Assembly: GCA_036867785.1 (NCBI GenBank)
Contig: CP145412.1
Span: forward strand, 1,550,001-1,614,000
Direction of reading: 5' to 3'
DNA from: Plasmodiophora brassicae
Taxonomy: Eukaryota
DNA length: 64,000 bases
This document shows, piece by piece, positions 10,719-21,785 of the stretch (position 1 is the first letter of the stretch; every line of letters begins with the position of its first letter). The notes under the pieces were generated by a model that saw only the letters and a program-made list of their open reading frames with translations, did not search any database and was not told the DNA's origin. A program made the position numbers and the translations under genes.

Positions 10719-13006
10719 GGCCGTTCCTCTACATACATTGCGGGGTACCAGCGCGAACGACGACGTCCATACTTCAGCGGCCGAGCAGGATTCGCGAGAC
10801 CCCCACTTGCCCCTTCCTGCTGGGCGAACCCATCATCTGCGACAGCATCCCGTGCACGAGGTTGCTACGCCAGCCGAGATCAATCCAGAGTGGCCGGATG
10901 GAAACATTTCGTACACCATATCTGTACCCACTGACGAATCGAAGGTTTCATACCTGAACACATCTTGGTCCATGGCGCGGTTCAGTACCTCCTCTGTACG
11001 AGTGAAGAAGTCATGTCTGGGGGTGTTTGTCTGCCCAGTGGACGGATGCGGGTTCACCGTTCGTCCCCAACTGCCCAAGCGGCGCTCAAAACACTGTCGT
11101 CCTGCGCCTTGTCCTGCGACATGCTCTGTGCACAATCGTCCAGTTTCTCATATTGCATGTCGGGCAATTTTAATCATCGAGAAAACTAGCGACAACCCCC
11201 ATATCATTACGTTCATTCATCAGGGATACCATCGTCATCGCAAACCGGAAGCCATACGACCAAGTGCCCAAGCAATGGATGAACTCGCTCATATCATTCA
11301 TACGGCGCCCGAACTCACTCCCAAGCAGCTACAGATGGGTACAATGACTCGACCAGCATCAGGTGAGATTCATCACAGCCTGGCGAACATTGACCGCCTC
11401 AGGTACATCAAGACCAAACTCATTAAGCCGCCCACTTCATCCTTGTCTGAAGTACTAGCGTTTGAAAAGGAAATCGGTGAAAAGTTGTTCGTATGTATCG
11501 GTTCCGATGCGCTTTGTCTGCAGACAGCGTTCATGCAGGAGAGGGCAAGGGCTTGCGAATCTCCGATGCAGTCCGATTCCATCGAAGGCATCCTTGTCGA
11601 TCCCATACTTCCTGACGCAAACGTAACGATGACGACTGCATACTGTCCAATGCTTTCGCGTCACGTCCCGTTATTGATATCGATCCTGACTGGCAAGAGT
11701 GCTGCACATTACCGCCGGCACTTCCTGACTCTCTTCAGCACAATGGAAATGCCGGTAGATGTGGACGCATGGGAACACCAATTCCCGGGCAACACCAGCG
11801 ACTTTTCAGACGCTGAACGTGCTGGGTTTGAGGCAGCTCTCAGGGCGCACTGTCATTTGGATGATAATGCCGTTCTGGCGCTCGATCATTTCTACCGCTA
11901 TTGCGACGTGCATTTTAAGCGGACCCTAAGCCGTGTATCTCGAAACGCTGGTGTCATCCACCCTGATGACAAGGCATTATTTTACGAAACAGTTTTGTCG
12001 CTCACGATTGTAGTCGACCCGATTGATTTCGCGAACCGGCTACAGTTTCTGTATCAGCGATTTCCGAAAGCACGGCGATGGCTCGATTGGCATCTCCACG
12101 AGCTGAGAGGTCGACACATCTTTCCGGCTCTGGCAACAGGGGACATCTCGCTGTTGCCAAATAACACGAACGCGCAGGAAAGCGTTGGCGGCAGTCTAAA
12201 ACGCTGCTGCAACGGAAAACAATCCATCGTCACCGTCATTCCCCCCATATACTTGTTCGTCAAACAAATCGCGCAGGCATACACCAATGCTTGTCTTGGC
12301 ATTCAGGAGCGGTACAATCCTAGTAGATCTAGATCTACAAAGAAGACTCGGTCTGATGGCAGGCCCCCGGATACAACGAAAGACCTTCTTCGAAAGCGGA
12401 GCGAACGTCAAAAGGAATCGGTTCATCGATCTGCATCGGTCAACGCCATCAAGAAACTACGAGGGCGCCCACCTGGGAGCACGAATACGATACCCAAACT
12501 TGGATCATTAGTGGATTGGAAAACATTCGGTATCCCATGGGGGTTCACCTCGAACGGTGTCCGGTTTACCAATACGTGCCCGATGGACACGGGCCTCATG
12601 ACTCTCTACCTGCTCTTCGAGTACGGGAAGCTTCGGTTGCCGTCAGGTGACAACGACAGTCCTGTGCTCGGTCAGGTCATGGATCTTATTTCACAGGAGA
12701 GGTATAATGAGGCGCGTCTGCTGTGGCTCGCAGGCAATCACGTGCCGACGATACCGAAGTCCAATATTGTGGACCTGTTTGGCACTGTGGAAGATATTGT
12801 GCATCGCTTCGTCCCGAATTTGTTCTTTTTTACCGTTGTGCAAAAGTCTGATTGCACATCCGAGCACTGTCCAGAGCGATCGAATCGCGTTGAGATGCGC
12901 CGACCAGGTTTCGAAGTAATTCCAGAGGACCTTGACGTCGACGATTCTTCCATGACTGTTCAACAATCTATGGTGGATTCATTGATTGGCGACAGGGTCA
13001 CGCGCT

Positions 13007-13182
13007 TGTGACGTCCCAACGGTGATGGTATATCAGCCGTGTAGTATAATCGTCTGTGTCCCCGACCTGCAGCTCCCACGGACGCCGTGCGGACTCCGTG
13101 CGCACTCCGTGCATGTCCGTCATTCTTAGGGCGGCCTAGCCGGATCACAGCTATTCTTGTCTTATAGCTTGGAGCCGGCACA
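13007..13182 (-). repeat. 3' LTR (176 bp)
   Basis: Identical to 18096-18271; preceded on the minus strand by the polypurine tract. Confidence 0.96.
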
Positions 13183-13380
13183 TTCCCCTCCTTCAACGAA
13201 ATGCTCCTCCTTGCAGGTGTCTTCAGTGGTGGTGTATCCTAATCATGTCTTCTCCTTAATATAGTCTAATTAACATAATTAAGTCTCAATCTTCGTAGAA
13301 CACAGTTTTGGCTTCTGTCGTCACATGGCCGTCGGCATTAAAATAACCCAGCGCGCATCCGGGAAAAAAGCATGACTAGC

Positions 13381-16300
13381 CTACTGGACTCCTTCCGCCT
13401 TAAGTAACTCCTTAACCTCATCAGCAAGGTGATGTTTCTCCTTCCTCATCCTGGCGGCATGTGCCTTCACCAGCTTCGGTACATCCATCGCCAACCTGCA
13501 GATTGGCTCCCATGAATCCTCCGCTTCAGAGAAACCCTTCCATCCGATCAACAATTCCAATTCCCCTGTCTCCGGACTGTGCCTGCAGTCCTTGAAGACT
13601 TCAATGGCGAAACGCTCATTGTCATAATCCATCTGTCGCTTCAGTTCCTCAGTGGCATTCACTTTGCCATGTTCATAGAGGCGAACGCGGTCCCCGTGAA
13701 CGGTTCGAGTGTCCGTCTCATTGAACATATTCCTCACCTCGTAGGTGTAGTTCTCGTGGCTATCAGTTATTTGATATAGGCCCCGCCACTTCATAAAGAG
13801 CTTCTTGCCCGGAACCTTACCCGGTTCAGGCAATCCGATGAGTACATAGTCACCGATCTGAAAGTTCGGTGCAGTTGCTCGTCGGTACGCGTCGCTCCTC
13901 TTCCTGTGTACGGCTCGGATTTTCTTCCATTGCTGCACTGCTCCCTTGTGCATTTCATTCAGCGACGTCTGCAATTGCATGACTAGCTCCTGAATATGCT
14001 CCTTTGAGAGTGTAGCTTCCCCATACTTCTCATCCCCTGGCCTCTTGAACACTTGCTTCAGCGGGTTGTCTGGTTGACGTCCCATCATCACTGTCACTGG
14101 CGCATTCCCGTTGGTACGCGCCTGCGACCTGTGATTGATCGTGTGTTCAATGTTGTGGTTCAACCATGGCCAATCGTATTTGTCCCACTGCAATTCAGAC
14201 AGAAGTGCTCTGACTAGTTGCAAGTAGTTCCTGTTGATCACCTCAATTGATCCATTACTGTAATGCCCATAGGCAACAGTCGGGTGATGAGCAAATCCAC
14301 ATCGACGCGCCAGTTCCTTCACAACGTTTGCCAGAAAGCAAGACGCCATGTCTGACACCATCAACTCAAACGTTCCGAAGATAGCCCTCCATTCGAGCAG
14401 TGCCTCTACAGTGGTTTCCGCATTGGGTGTATGGTCAGGAGTAATCCTGACCATGCCAGACAGATCATCCCTGATTATCAGGTTCCATTGCAGATCATGT
14501 CTTCCGCCCTTCTGAGCCGCCATCATGTATAGCCAATCCAAGTGAATCACCTGATTCGGCCTAACACCATGAACAGCTGTTCCCAATGGCCTGGGAATCC
14601 TAACCCCGCCCCTTGTCGGTAGACAGTTCAAACACGCGTTGCAGAACGTCCTCATGTCCTCATCGCAGTGTGCCCAATGGCAGAACTCCCCCAACTTCCT
14701 CAACGAGGCCTTCAGTCCTAGATGCCCACTGTTTCCGCCCGCATGAGCAATAGCGCATAGCTGCAGCTTCAGCTCGTTGCATTCGTCTGGTATGATCACC
14801 TGTCCCTTCCCTGTGACGAAGAGATCATCACCATTCTTCGGTCGTTTCGTTCCTCTGAGCCATTTCCTCTGAGCCTTACGGATTTCGTCCACGGTCGGCC
14901 ATTGGAATTCCTTCCTTTGTAACGGCCGTACCCGATATCCGTCCTCAATTTGAAGCGTTATCCTCCTGATCGTGCGTACCTCTAGGTGCTGGTCATCAGG
15001 CCCACCGTCCGGTGCACCCCACCGCGTCATAAGATCCGACCACACATTGTCCTCCCCCGCAATGTGTTCAATGACGTAGTGGACCCTCTGTATGTCCAGT
15101 GCCCATCGTTGCAGTTTCTGCGCCGTTGGCTTTGACACGTCCGTTGGTGAGAATATCCTCACGAGATTCCTATGATCGGTAAACAAACGAAACTGCTCGT
15201 TGGTTGTAACGAGATAGTCCAGTTTGTCAATCCCATCCTTGATCGCGAACCCTTCCTTCTCCACCGTGGACCAGTTCCGCTCTGGGCCCGCGAACTTGTG
15301 TCCGACGAAACCCAGCGGTTCATGTCGCTGCCCATGCACTGGTTTACCCAAGTCCTCAGGCGGAATCTGTGTGACTACCGCCGCGCTGTTAACCTCATTT
15401 GCATCTGAGAATAGGCATTGGATCCGGTCCTTTCGCGGGTACGCTAGTTGGACCGTGTCCGCCACTGCCATCTTCAGTTTCTCGAATGCCAGCGCATGTT
15501 CGGGTGACCATCCATATTTGCACAATCGCACCCTCCTGGCAATGGCTTTCGTCCTGCCAGGTTGGTCCTTCATTGCATCCTCGTATATCCTCTGTAACAG
15601 GTGTACCTTCCTGTTGTACTCAGGGATGGACCTACTCATCCACTGAGTTGCCATAAGGAATTGTTGCAAGTCCCTTGCCGTCCTCGGCTGTGGTATCGCC
15701 ATTAAAGCCTCAATCCTAGCAGGATCGTGCCTTACCCCTTCTGGCGTGAATATCCTTCCACAGAACCGAACCTCTGTTGTGAAGAGCTCACACTTCTCCA
15801 CGTTGAACTTGATGCTGTGCCGTTCGGCTAGCATCAGAGTCCGTTCCAACGTTCGGAACCAATCATCCTCCCTTTGGGCATGCCCCATTAGATCATCGAT
15901 CCATATGATTAGTTTGTGGAACATAAGTTCCCCGAACACCTCAAACATCCTCCCTTGATACTGAGGGGCGGAGTTCATTCCCCCCTGCATCGACCTCGTT
16001 GGCTTATACACCCCCTTATCTGTCATGAAGGAGAAGATCTCCTGACACGCTTCATCCAGCGGCATCATCCAGAAGCCTTTGAACGCGTCTAGCTTAAACC
16101 AGAACCTCGAGCCTGCCAGGTTCCTCAGTATCGCCTCCTGATGTGGCATAGGCCACGCCACGGCGACACATTTGGCATTAACAGCTCTGAGATCAACACA
16201 GAACCGCTTTCCGCCCCCTGGCTTCGTCACCACCACCACCGGTGAAGCCCACTTCGCGTTGTAGTTTTCAACGACTAGGCCATACTTCTTCAATTGGGCG

Positions 16301-18048
16301 ACGAATTCCTCCATGAAAGCACTGTCCTCCATACTGTACTTTCTGGCTCGGCACCTGTAAGGTTCCGCATCCGGTTTCAGCTCCGTGACAAATGGTGTAA
16401 CCCTGGCTGGACCATCAGGTCCAATGCTCATACGCCAAACGTCCCTATATCTTCTGACGAGTTTCCGAAGCGATTTCCCCATCGCTTGCGGTAGGCCATT
16501 CCTCAATGCGCGCTCGACCATCCCGTCCATCTCCCTTTCCAGGGAGTCTGTGGAATCGGTTCCGATCCTCACATCCTCTGTTTCCTCTTCCTCCCCTTCC
16601 CAGAGAGGTGGCATCTCGTTTGCCATATTGTGCACTTCATCCATGACGTCATTCCCCTTCTTCGGCGTGCTCATAATGAGTACGTCCAGGGCCTTCTTTG
16701 GGTGGATACCCAAGTCGTCCAACAGCCTCTCCCCTAGGATTATTTCCTTTTCAGGAATGTCCCATACAAGGCATCGGCGCCGGCGAGTGATCAGTTCGCC
16801 TGCCGTCGTCGTCAGTCCCAGATCCAGTATCATCACATGGTAGGCTGTGTGCTTCGTTTCTCTGTCTACCAGACAGAACGTTTCCGGCTTCTGGAGGTTC
16901 TCCATTGTTAACAATGGGTCCCGCTCCATTAGCTCGCGCGCTATGGTCAATGGCATCAGAACGTCAACCGATGTCGCTCCACTGTCCAGAACCCCAACGT
17001 AGTCTTCCTCATGTCCGTTTACACGAACGACTACTTGGTCCCCTGTCCTCTGCGCCCCCTCCGACACTCTTCCTACCACTGGAAGCCATGGGTACTCTGA
17101 CAAGTCGTCATCTTTATCAGATTTGGCCTTACGGGGTCCATCCCTTCCCGTTGGCCCCTTGCGGCGATCCTTCAGCAGGTCTGCGACCTGCTTCTTGGTA
17201 GGCTTCTTCGGGCAACGAAACGCTGGATGTCCAACCTCGTCACAGTTGAAACATCGCAGGTCCTTCCGGTGTCGTTTCGTGTCCCGGCCTCCATCGCCTC
17301 CTTCATCCGTCTGCGCCCCTCGCTTCTTTGGGGTGGGTTTGACCTTTCCCTTCCCCTTGCCATCCTCACGTCCCGGCTCCATGTACAACATCGTCTCCTC
17401 ATACGATGCAGCCCGTTCCTTCAGCACCCGATAGAATTCCAAAGGGTCCTTCTGGAGATCGGTCTGGCGCTTCATGACGAGGGTCCGCATGAGCGCTTGT
17501 AAACCGGATGGGCGCACAGCACCCAGTAGGTACTTGACCAGGTTCTTCCGTCCCTCGCGGGACGTGAAGAGGTCCTGCCACCCGTTGCGCGCGACCAATT
17601 CCTCGTACTGCTGCACGAGGTTCACGACCCTTGCCGCTGGTGTGGTGATGGTCAGCTTCATCGCCAGCTTCCGCATCTCCCGGTCGATGTTCGCGTCCGT
17701 CGAGCGATCCTGCTCGAGATGCCTCTTCATCCAGTCTATCAGGTCGCTCTCCGTCACCCCCTCGGCGTCCGTGCCGAGTTCCCACTTGCAGATCGCCCTG
17801 AGCAGACCGGGGTCGATCATACTCCTCACTGACCGTGGGATCTGGCCCTTGGCATTCGGATCGTCCCGGAAGTGATTCCGATACGTCTTCAGCTCGGCCA
17901 TGAACGTCGTGACGGCCTTGCGGTCCATGCTCTTCAAGGTCGGCGCCTTGTTCATCTGCAGGACGATCGTTGAGCCTTGCACGCTCTGTCCTTGTTGTCG
18001 ATCATCGACGTCATCTTCCAGCAGCATCTCCTGCGCGGTGGCCACCAT
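13381..18048 (-). CDS. Gag-Pol polyprotein (CCHC knuckle, aspartic protease, RT, RNase H, integrase, chromodomain), 1555 aa
   Basis: CFNCDEVGHPAFRC; LDSGA; KLDAFKGF and WIDD; FSDAN, TDHRNL; H..H..CNAC with DDE integrase; LIGWKGFSEAEDSWEP; start taken at first ATG after the 5' LTR. Confidence 0.95.
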   Translation of the reverse strand: MVATAQEMLLEDDVDDRQQGQSVQGSTIVLQMNKAPTLKSMDRKAVTTFMAELKTYRNHFRDDPNAKGQIPRSVRSMIDPGLLRAICKWELGTDAEGVTESDLIDWMKRHLEQDRSTDANIDREMRKLAMKLTITTPAARVVNLVQQYEELVARNGWQDLFTSREGRKNLVKYLLGAVRPSGLQALMRTLVMKRQTDLQKDPLEFYRVLKERAASYEETMLYMEPGREDGKGKGKVKPTPKKRGAQTDEGGDGGRDTKRHRKDLRCFNCDEVGHPAFRCPKKPTKKQVADLLKDRRKGPTGRDGPRKAKSDKDDDLSEYPWLPVVGRVSEGAQRTGDQVVVRVNGHEEDYVGVLDSGATSVDVLMPLTIARELMERDPLLTMENLQKPETFCLVDRETKHTAYHVMILDLGLTTTAGELITRRRRCLVWDIPEKEIILGERLLDDLGIHPKKALDVLIMSTPKKGNDVMDEVHNMANEMPPLWEGEEEETEDVRIGTDSTDSLEREMDGMVERALRNGLPQAMGKSLRKLVRRYRDVWRMSIGPDGPARVTPFVTELKPDAEPYRCRARKYSMEDSAFMEEFVAQLKKYGLVVENYNAKWASPVVVVTKPGGGKRFCVDLRAVNAKCVAVAWPMPHQEAILRNLAGSRFWFKLDAFKGFWMMPLDEACQEIFSFMTDKGVYKPTRSMQGGMNSAPQYQGRMFEVFGELMFHKLIIWIDDLMGHAQREDDWFRTLERTLMLAERHSIKFNVEKCELFTTEVRFCGRIFTPEGVRHDPARIEALMAIPQPRTARDLQQFLMATQWMSRSIPEYNRKVHLLQRIYEDAMKDQPGRTKAIARRVRLCKYGWSPEHALAFEKLKMAVADTVQLAYPRKDRIQCLFSDANEVNSAAVVTQIPPEDLGKPVHGQRHEPLGFVGHKFAGPERNWSTVEKEGFAIKDGIDKLDYLVTTNEQFRLFTDHRNLVRIFSPTDVSKPTAQKLQRWALDIQRVHYVIEHIAGEDNVWSDLMTRWGAPDGGPDDQHLEVRTIRRITLQIEDGYRVRPLQRKEFQWPTVDEIRKAQRKWLRGTKRPKNGDDLFVTGKGQVIIPDECNELKLQLCAIAHAGGNSGHLGLKASLRKLGEFCHWAHCDEDMRTFCNACLNCLPTRGGVRIPRPLGTAVHGVRPNQVIHLDWLYMMAAQKGGRHDLQWNLIIRDDLSGMVRITPDHTPNAETTVEALLEWRAIFGTFELMVSDMASCFLANVVKELARRCGFAHHPTVAYGHYSNGSIEVINRNYLQLVRALLSELQWDKYDWPWLNHNIEHTINHRSQARTNGNAPVTVMMGRQPDNPLKQVFKRPGDEKYGEATLSKEHIQELVMQLQTSLNEMHKGAVQQWKKIRAVHRKRSDAYRRATAPNFQIGDYVLIGLPEPGKVPGKKLFMKWRGLYQITDSHENYTYEVRNMFNETDTRTVHGDRVRLYEHGKVNATEELKRQMDYDNERFAIEVFKDCRHSPETGELELLIGWKGFSEAEDSWEPICRLAMDVPKLVKAHAARMRKEKHHLADEVKELLKAEGVQ

Positions 18049-18095
18049 CGCGTCCTTCTTTGAAACCTTCCCCGAAAGGATGTTCAAGAGATCTC

Positions 18096-18271
18096 TGTGA
18101 CGTCCCAACGGTGATGGTATATCAGCCGTGTAGTATAATCGTCTGTGTCCCCGACCTGCAGCTCCCACGGACGCCGTGCGGACTCCGTGCGCACTCCGTG
18201 CATGTCCGTCATTCTTAGGGCGGCCTAGCCGGATCACAGCTATTCTTGTCTTATAGCTTGGAGCCGGCACA
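18096..18271 (-). repeat. 5' LTR (176 bp)
   Basis: Identical to 13007-13182. Confidence 0.96.
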
Positions 18272-20704
18272 CGCTGCACGCAGAGTGTGGACGAAGCATT
18301 TAGGCTTTCGAAGCCTGATAGTGCATTTCGCGTGCTGGACGATAACCAGGGGGGCGCATACATGTGTTCGGGGGTGCGCACGCTCTCCCGCTGGAAGTTC
18401 GTGATTGGGCCACCTTTGATACTTGAATTCGAGTACGTGCCTCGCGCTTGCATAGCTAAGCCATCCTGTACCATCACGTTGAACGGCACGACATTCCGGT
18501 TAGCAGCAGTCATATTCGGTTCGGGAGGACATTTCACGTCCATTATCTACATTGGGGGTGCCTGCTTGTTCTATGATGGTATGTCGAAAACAAAACTAGT
18601 GTGGCTTAAGACGCGGCCCGAAAAGGAGAAGTTCCGCCACTCCAAAGTGTGCCGCGTTTGGTATCAACCCGATCAGACTGTGCCGCCATCAAGTCCGATT
18701 CCGTCTAGGCGCGACGAAGGTGCAGATCTGCTGCTGCCGACGATAGTGCCTAAAGGCCCTCGTTCTCCTCCAGCAGAAAAGGTCATGTCGCCTGTTGAGG
18801 CATTGGATGATCCGCCTCCTGTGCATCATGACGCGTTGTCACGACACAGTCTTCCTTGGGGATTCCGTTACGGGTAAGCAGTTAGCAGTTAACACAGAAG
18901 CGAACGGCAGTTGATGTTTCATGTCCAGAGCCTTTGACGCAGTCAACACCTGCGCGGTGGACACAGGCCTAATGACGGTGTTCATCTTACATGTACGTTT
19001 TCACTCGTGCTGCGACTGCGCCTCGCTGACCGTCGATGGATACCGATATTTTAATAGAAATACTGGGGTCTACATATACCTGCAAGCCACCCCCAATTGC
19101 TGGAAGCAGTTACACTTATTGGGCAAGGCTCTCATGAGGAAGCCCGATTCCTGTGGGCAACGCGGTGCCTAGGCTATCCGTCAACCGGCCACCACGACAT
19201 GTGGAACAACTTTGGAGACAATTTCTCCAATGTTGTTCCAGACTTGTTCAGGATGGTTATCGCGGATCGGCTACTGTGTTCGAATTCTTCGTGCCACAAC
19301 CGAGTTGCACTAAGGACTCGGGAGTGCGCTCTACTGGACTTTGATTCCCGGAACATCATGCAGCTGAGCTCTTCGGCTGTAACCCAGGCGATGGTTGATG
19401 CATACCTCGGCAGGGATTTCGATTCCCAAAATGGGTTCCTGACATGCAGCGCAATCGACATGACCTGTGTCGATCCGCAGGAATCTCACGTTGCTGCCTG
19501 CTCAGGGTCTTTGTCGCTGCAATCTTACGTCATCCAGCACTATCCGCCACTGGTAGAAATTATTCTTCACTCCGACTTACCACAACGCAGCGCCGCGTGG
19601 AATACTCCACAACCGGTGACACTGACCTTCGGAGCATGGCAATATGACCTTGCCGCCATGGTCGTGCGCAATTGTCGCCGAAACCACTTCGCATCGCTCG
19701 TCCTCCTGAGAGGGGAATTTGTGTATTACGACGGCATGATGAGTCCCTGTGTGCGCAAGGCGGATAGTAGAACGCTGAATGGACACGTGCTCGGGCGCTT
19801 ATGGTATCTTAAGACTGATCGACCGGCTCGAAATGCGGATACGAGTTCAGAGCAAACCCCCCGTCCTGCTACCCGCGTTGTGCCCCCCGACAGTCGAAAT
19901 GATCCGCCTACACCCTCGGAAACGTTGCCGTCAGTTTTCCCCACCATGTCTGATCAGGGGCGGTCACCTGGGACCAGCGATCACAGAAGCGAGCAACGTG
20001 GTCAACAGAGGCGCAAACGTTATCCGCTGGGGATGTCTGTTCAACAGGTTTCGGTCAGAGGCCCTAAGCCGCTTTGCCAAACCTGCGGGAACGCCATAGA
20101 GCGGGACCAGCGCCGGTTGGTTATTGTAACCCGAAACGAGCTGCGTCAATGGAATAAGCAGCTGTCGTACCATTTGGCGGACGAATGCCTGACGACGGGA
20201 CTGACAGCTGCTCAGAAGGTAGAGCTGACGACATTGCTGGAAGCAGACGATATTTTGCGCACCCAGCTGGCCGGGACTGGGTACCTCGGAATGACATTGT
20301 GGGTGACAGTTGATGGACCTATGACTGTCCAGGCATGAGGAGCGCGATCGGCGCGAAACACGAACCCCCTGTCCTCCCTTCGATCCCGCCAGCGCGCCGT
20401 TAATGGCGAACAAGAAACAGCGTGTTGAACGAACGTAAGTGATCGTGTCTTGTCGGATGTTTCCTGCGGTTTCGGCCTGTTCAATACAGACCTTATAGTG
20501 CTGTGAATACGTTTGCGCTACGCGGTTAATCTTTCAAAGCTGTTCTTTTCGCCGAACGAATCCGTCCGTTATCTGTCTGCGCCGAGACGGGCACAATTCC
20601 GTCGCTGGCATTGACGGTACGATTGCATGTGGTTCATTGTAGGCACCCTCCCGAAGCCCGCCAAACTACATACCTTAAGTACGTCAGTGTTCGCCAAGGT
20701 TTTA

Positions 20705-20867
20705 TACACCGAAGTTCATAAAGGTATATTTTTTATGCCGAAGTTCGTAAAGGTCATTTTTTTTGTACCGAAGTTCGTAAAGGTCATTTTTTTGTACCGA
20801 AGTTCGTAAAGGTCATTTTTTTTGTACCGAAGTTCGTAAGTTCGTACGAACTTTTTTCGCAACACTC
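20705..20867 (-). repeat. Right TIR of the MULE
   Basis: Reverse complement of 7988-8149 with the same subrepeats. Confidence 0.92.
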
Positions 20868-20937
20868 GTTTTTAAGTGCGCGAAGTCCGACGTCCCTCAC
20901 CAGCTGGTGATCGTCGTCGATAGGTGGCAGCGTCGTC

Positions 20938-21785
20938 ATGTGGCGGTATGTCGCGCGGCAGCGCATGCGAATGTCAAGGCCGTCCCGATGCGTGTCGTCA
21001 ACGCCCGTCAAACTGGACTACCCGTGGTCGCTGGCGTCCGGCGACGCCGATCGAGAGGTACCTGCGCGTCCACGATGGGGCAGAGTACCATTTGGTGGGT
21101 GATGATGACATACCTCGTCGTCGGCAGGAGCTGGCCCTGCCTAGCCCGGTTCGATCGCCGTACATGGATTTCATGGCCTGGTGGCAGTTCCATGCCATGA
21201 GACTGATGGTCAACGCGAACGTCGACCAGGCCGATTTCCTGCGAGGATGCCGACAAGGCAGGTGAACCACTCGTTGACCATCCGGCATCCCCCCTTCGTT
21301 GTTGACGAACCAACCGTGCCCGGTAGTGTTCCACCGGATCAACGACATCATCGGGAACGAGCAAGCGGATGACGCTGACGGGCTGTGCAAACCTGCCCTG
21401 GTCCAGGCCCTGAGGACGACGTTCGAGAGCAACGCCGCCAAGTCGTCCCTGCGGCCGTCGCTGGAGATCTCGAACCTGACGGCCTGGGTCGGCGGCCTGT
21501 ACATGGACCCCAACGAGGAAGGCAACGAGCTATGGGCGACCATCGACGGTACACAACCGCATTGCACTGGCGCCATTGCAGGCTGTCCGCCGATTCACCG
21601 CCCCCTGCACAGTCCTGTACTCCTACACGGCGCGCATCCTGTACCAGGATCGCGAGACGTCGCGCCCGGTCGACGTCGACGACGACGCCAACGCGCAGCC
21701 GCAAGCCAGGCTGTCCATGTACCGCCTGCAAGGGTGCGTCATGGGCAAGGCGCGCACCGAATGGGTCGTCAGCGCCATTGTCTAG
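20938..21785 (+). CDS. Probable mitochondrial protein, Tim44/MAIP1-like domain (multi-exon)
   Basis: Arg/Ser-rich presequence-like start MWRYVARQRMRMSRPSR; exons join via short introns; DQADFLRGCRQ-VFHRINDII resembles a Tim44-like helix. Confidence 0.5.

Larger units (their letters stand above)
13007..18271 (-). mobile_element. Ty3/Gypsy chromodomain LTR retrotransposon, full length (5,265 bp)
   Basis: Identical 176-bp TG...CA LTRs; 4-bp TSD CGCT (13003-13006, 18272-18275); purine tract GAAGGAGGGGAA next to the 3' LTR; single gag-pol ORF. Confidence 0.96.
10711..20338 (+). pseudogene. MULE transposase fusion gene (GCM-like Zn domain, DDE, AT-hook, 2x USP-like protease, PARP-like Zn finger), disrupted by LTR insertion; segments 10711-13006 + 18276-18873, 18929-18992, 19058-20338; true 5' end unresolved
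   Basis: EWPDG..KKSCLGVFVC...C..HQGYHRH; QSD, SDFSDAE, YCDVHF, NAQES; RGRP; NTCxxD and HF..YDGM twice; CQTC...H...C. Removing the retroelement and two GT-AG introns (55 and 65 nt) gives one continuous frame of 1412 codons. Confidence 0.82.
7988..20867 (+). mobile_element. Mutator-like (MULE) DNA transposon, 12,880 bp including the nested retrotransposon
   Basis: TIRs at 7988-8149 and 20705-20867; 9-bp direct repeat GTTTTTAAG at 7979-7987 and 20868-20876; internal DDE/CxxH transposase ORF. Confidence 0.9.

Noticed and set aside
18049-18543. 165-aa N-terminal extension of the 1720-aa gag-pol ORF
   Set aside because: Runs through the 5' LTR and the TSD into antisense MULE sequence; chance open frame
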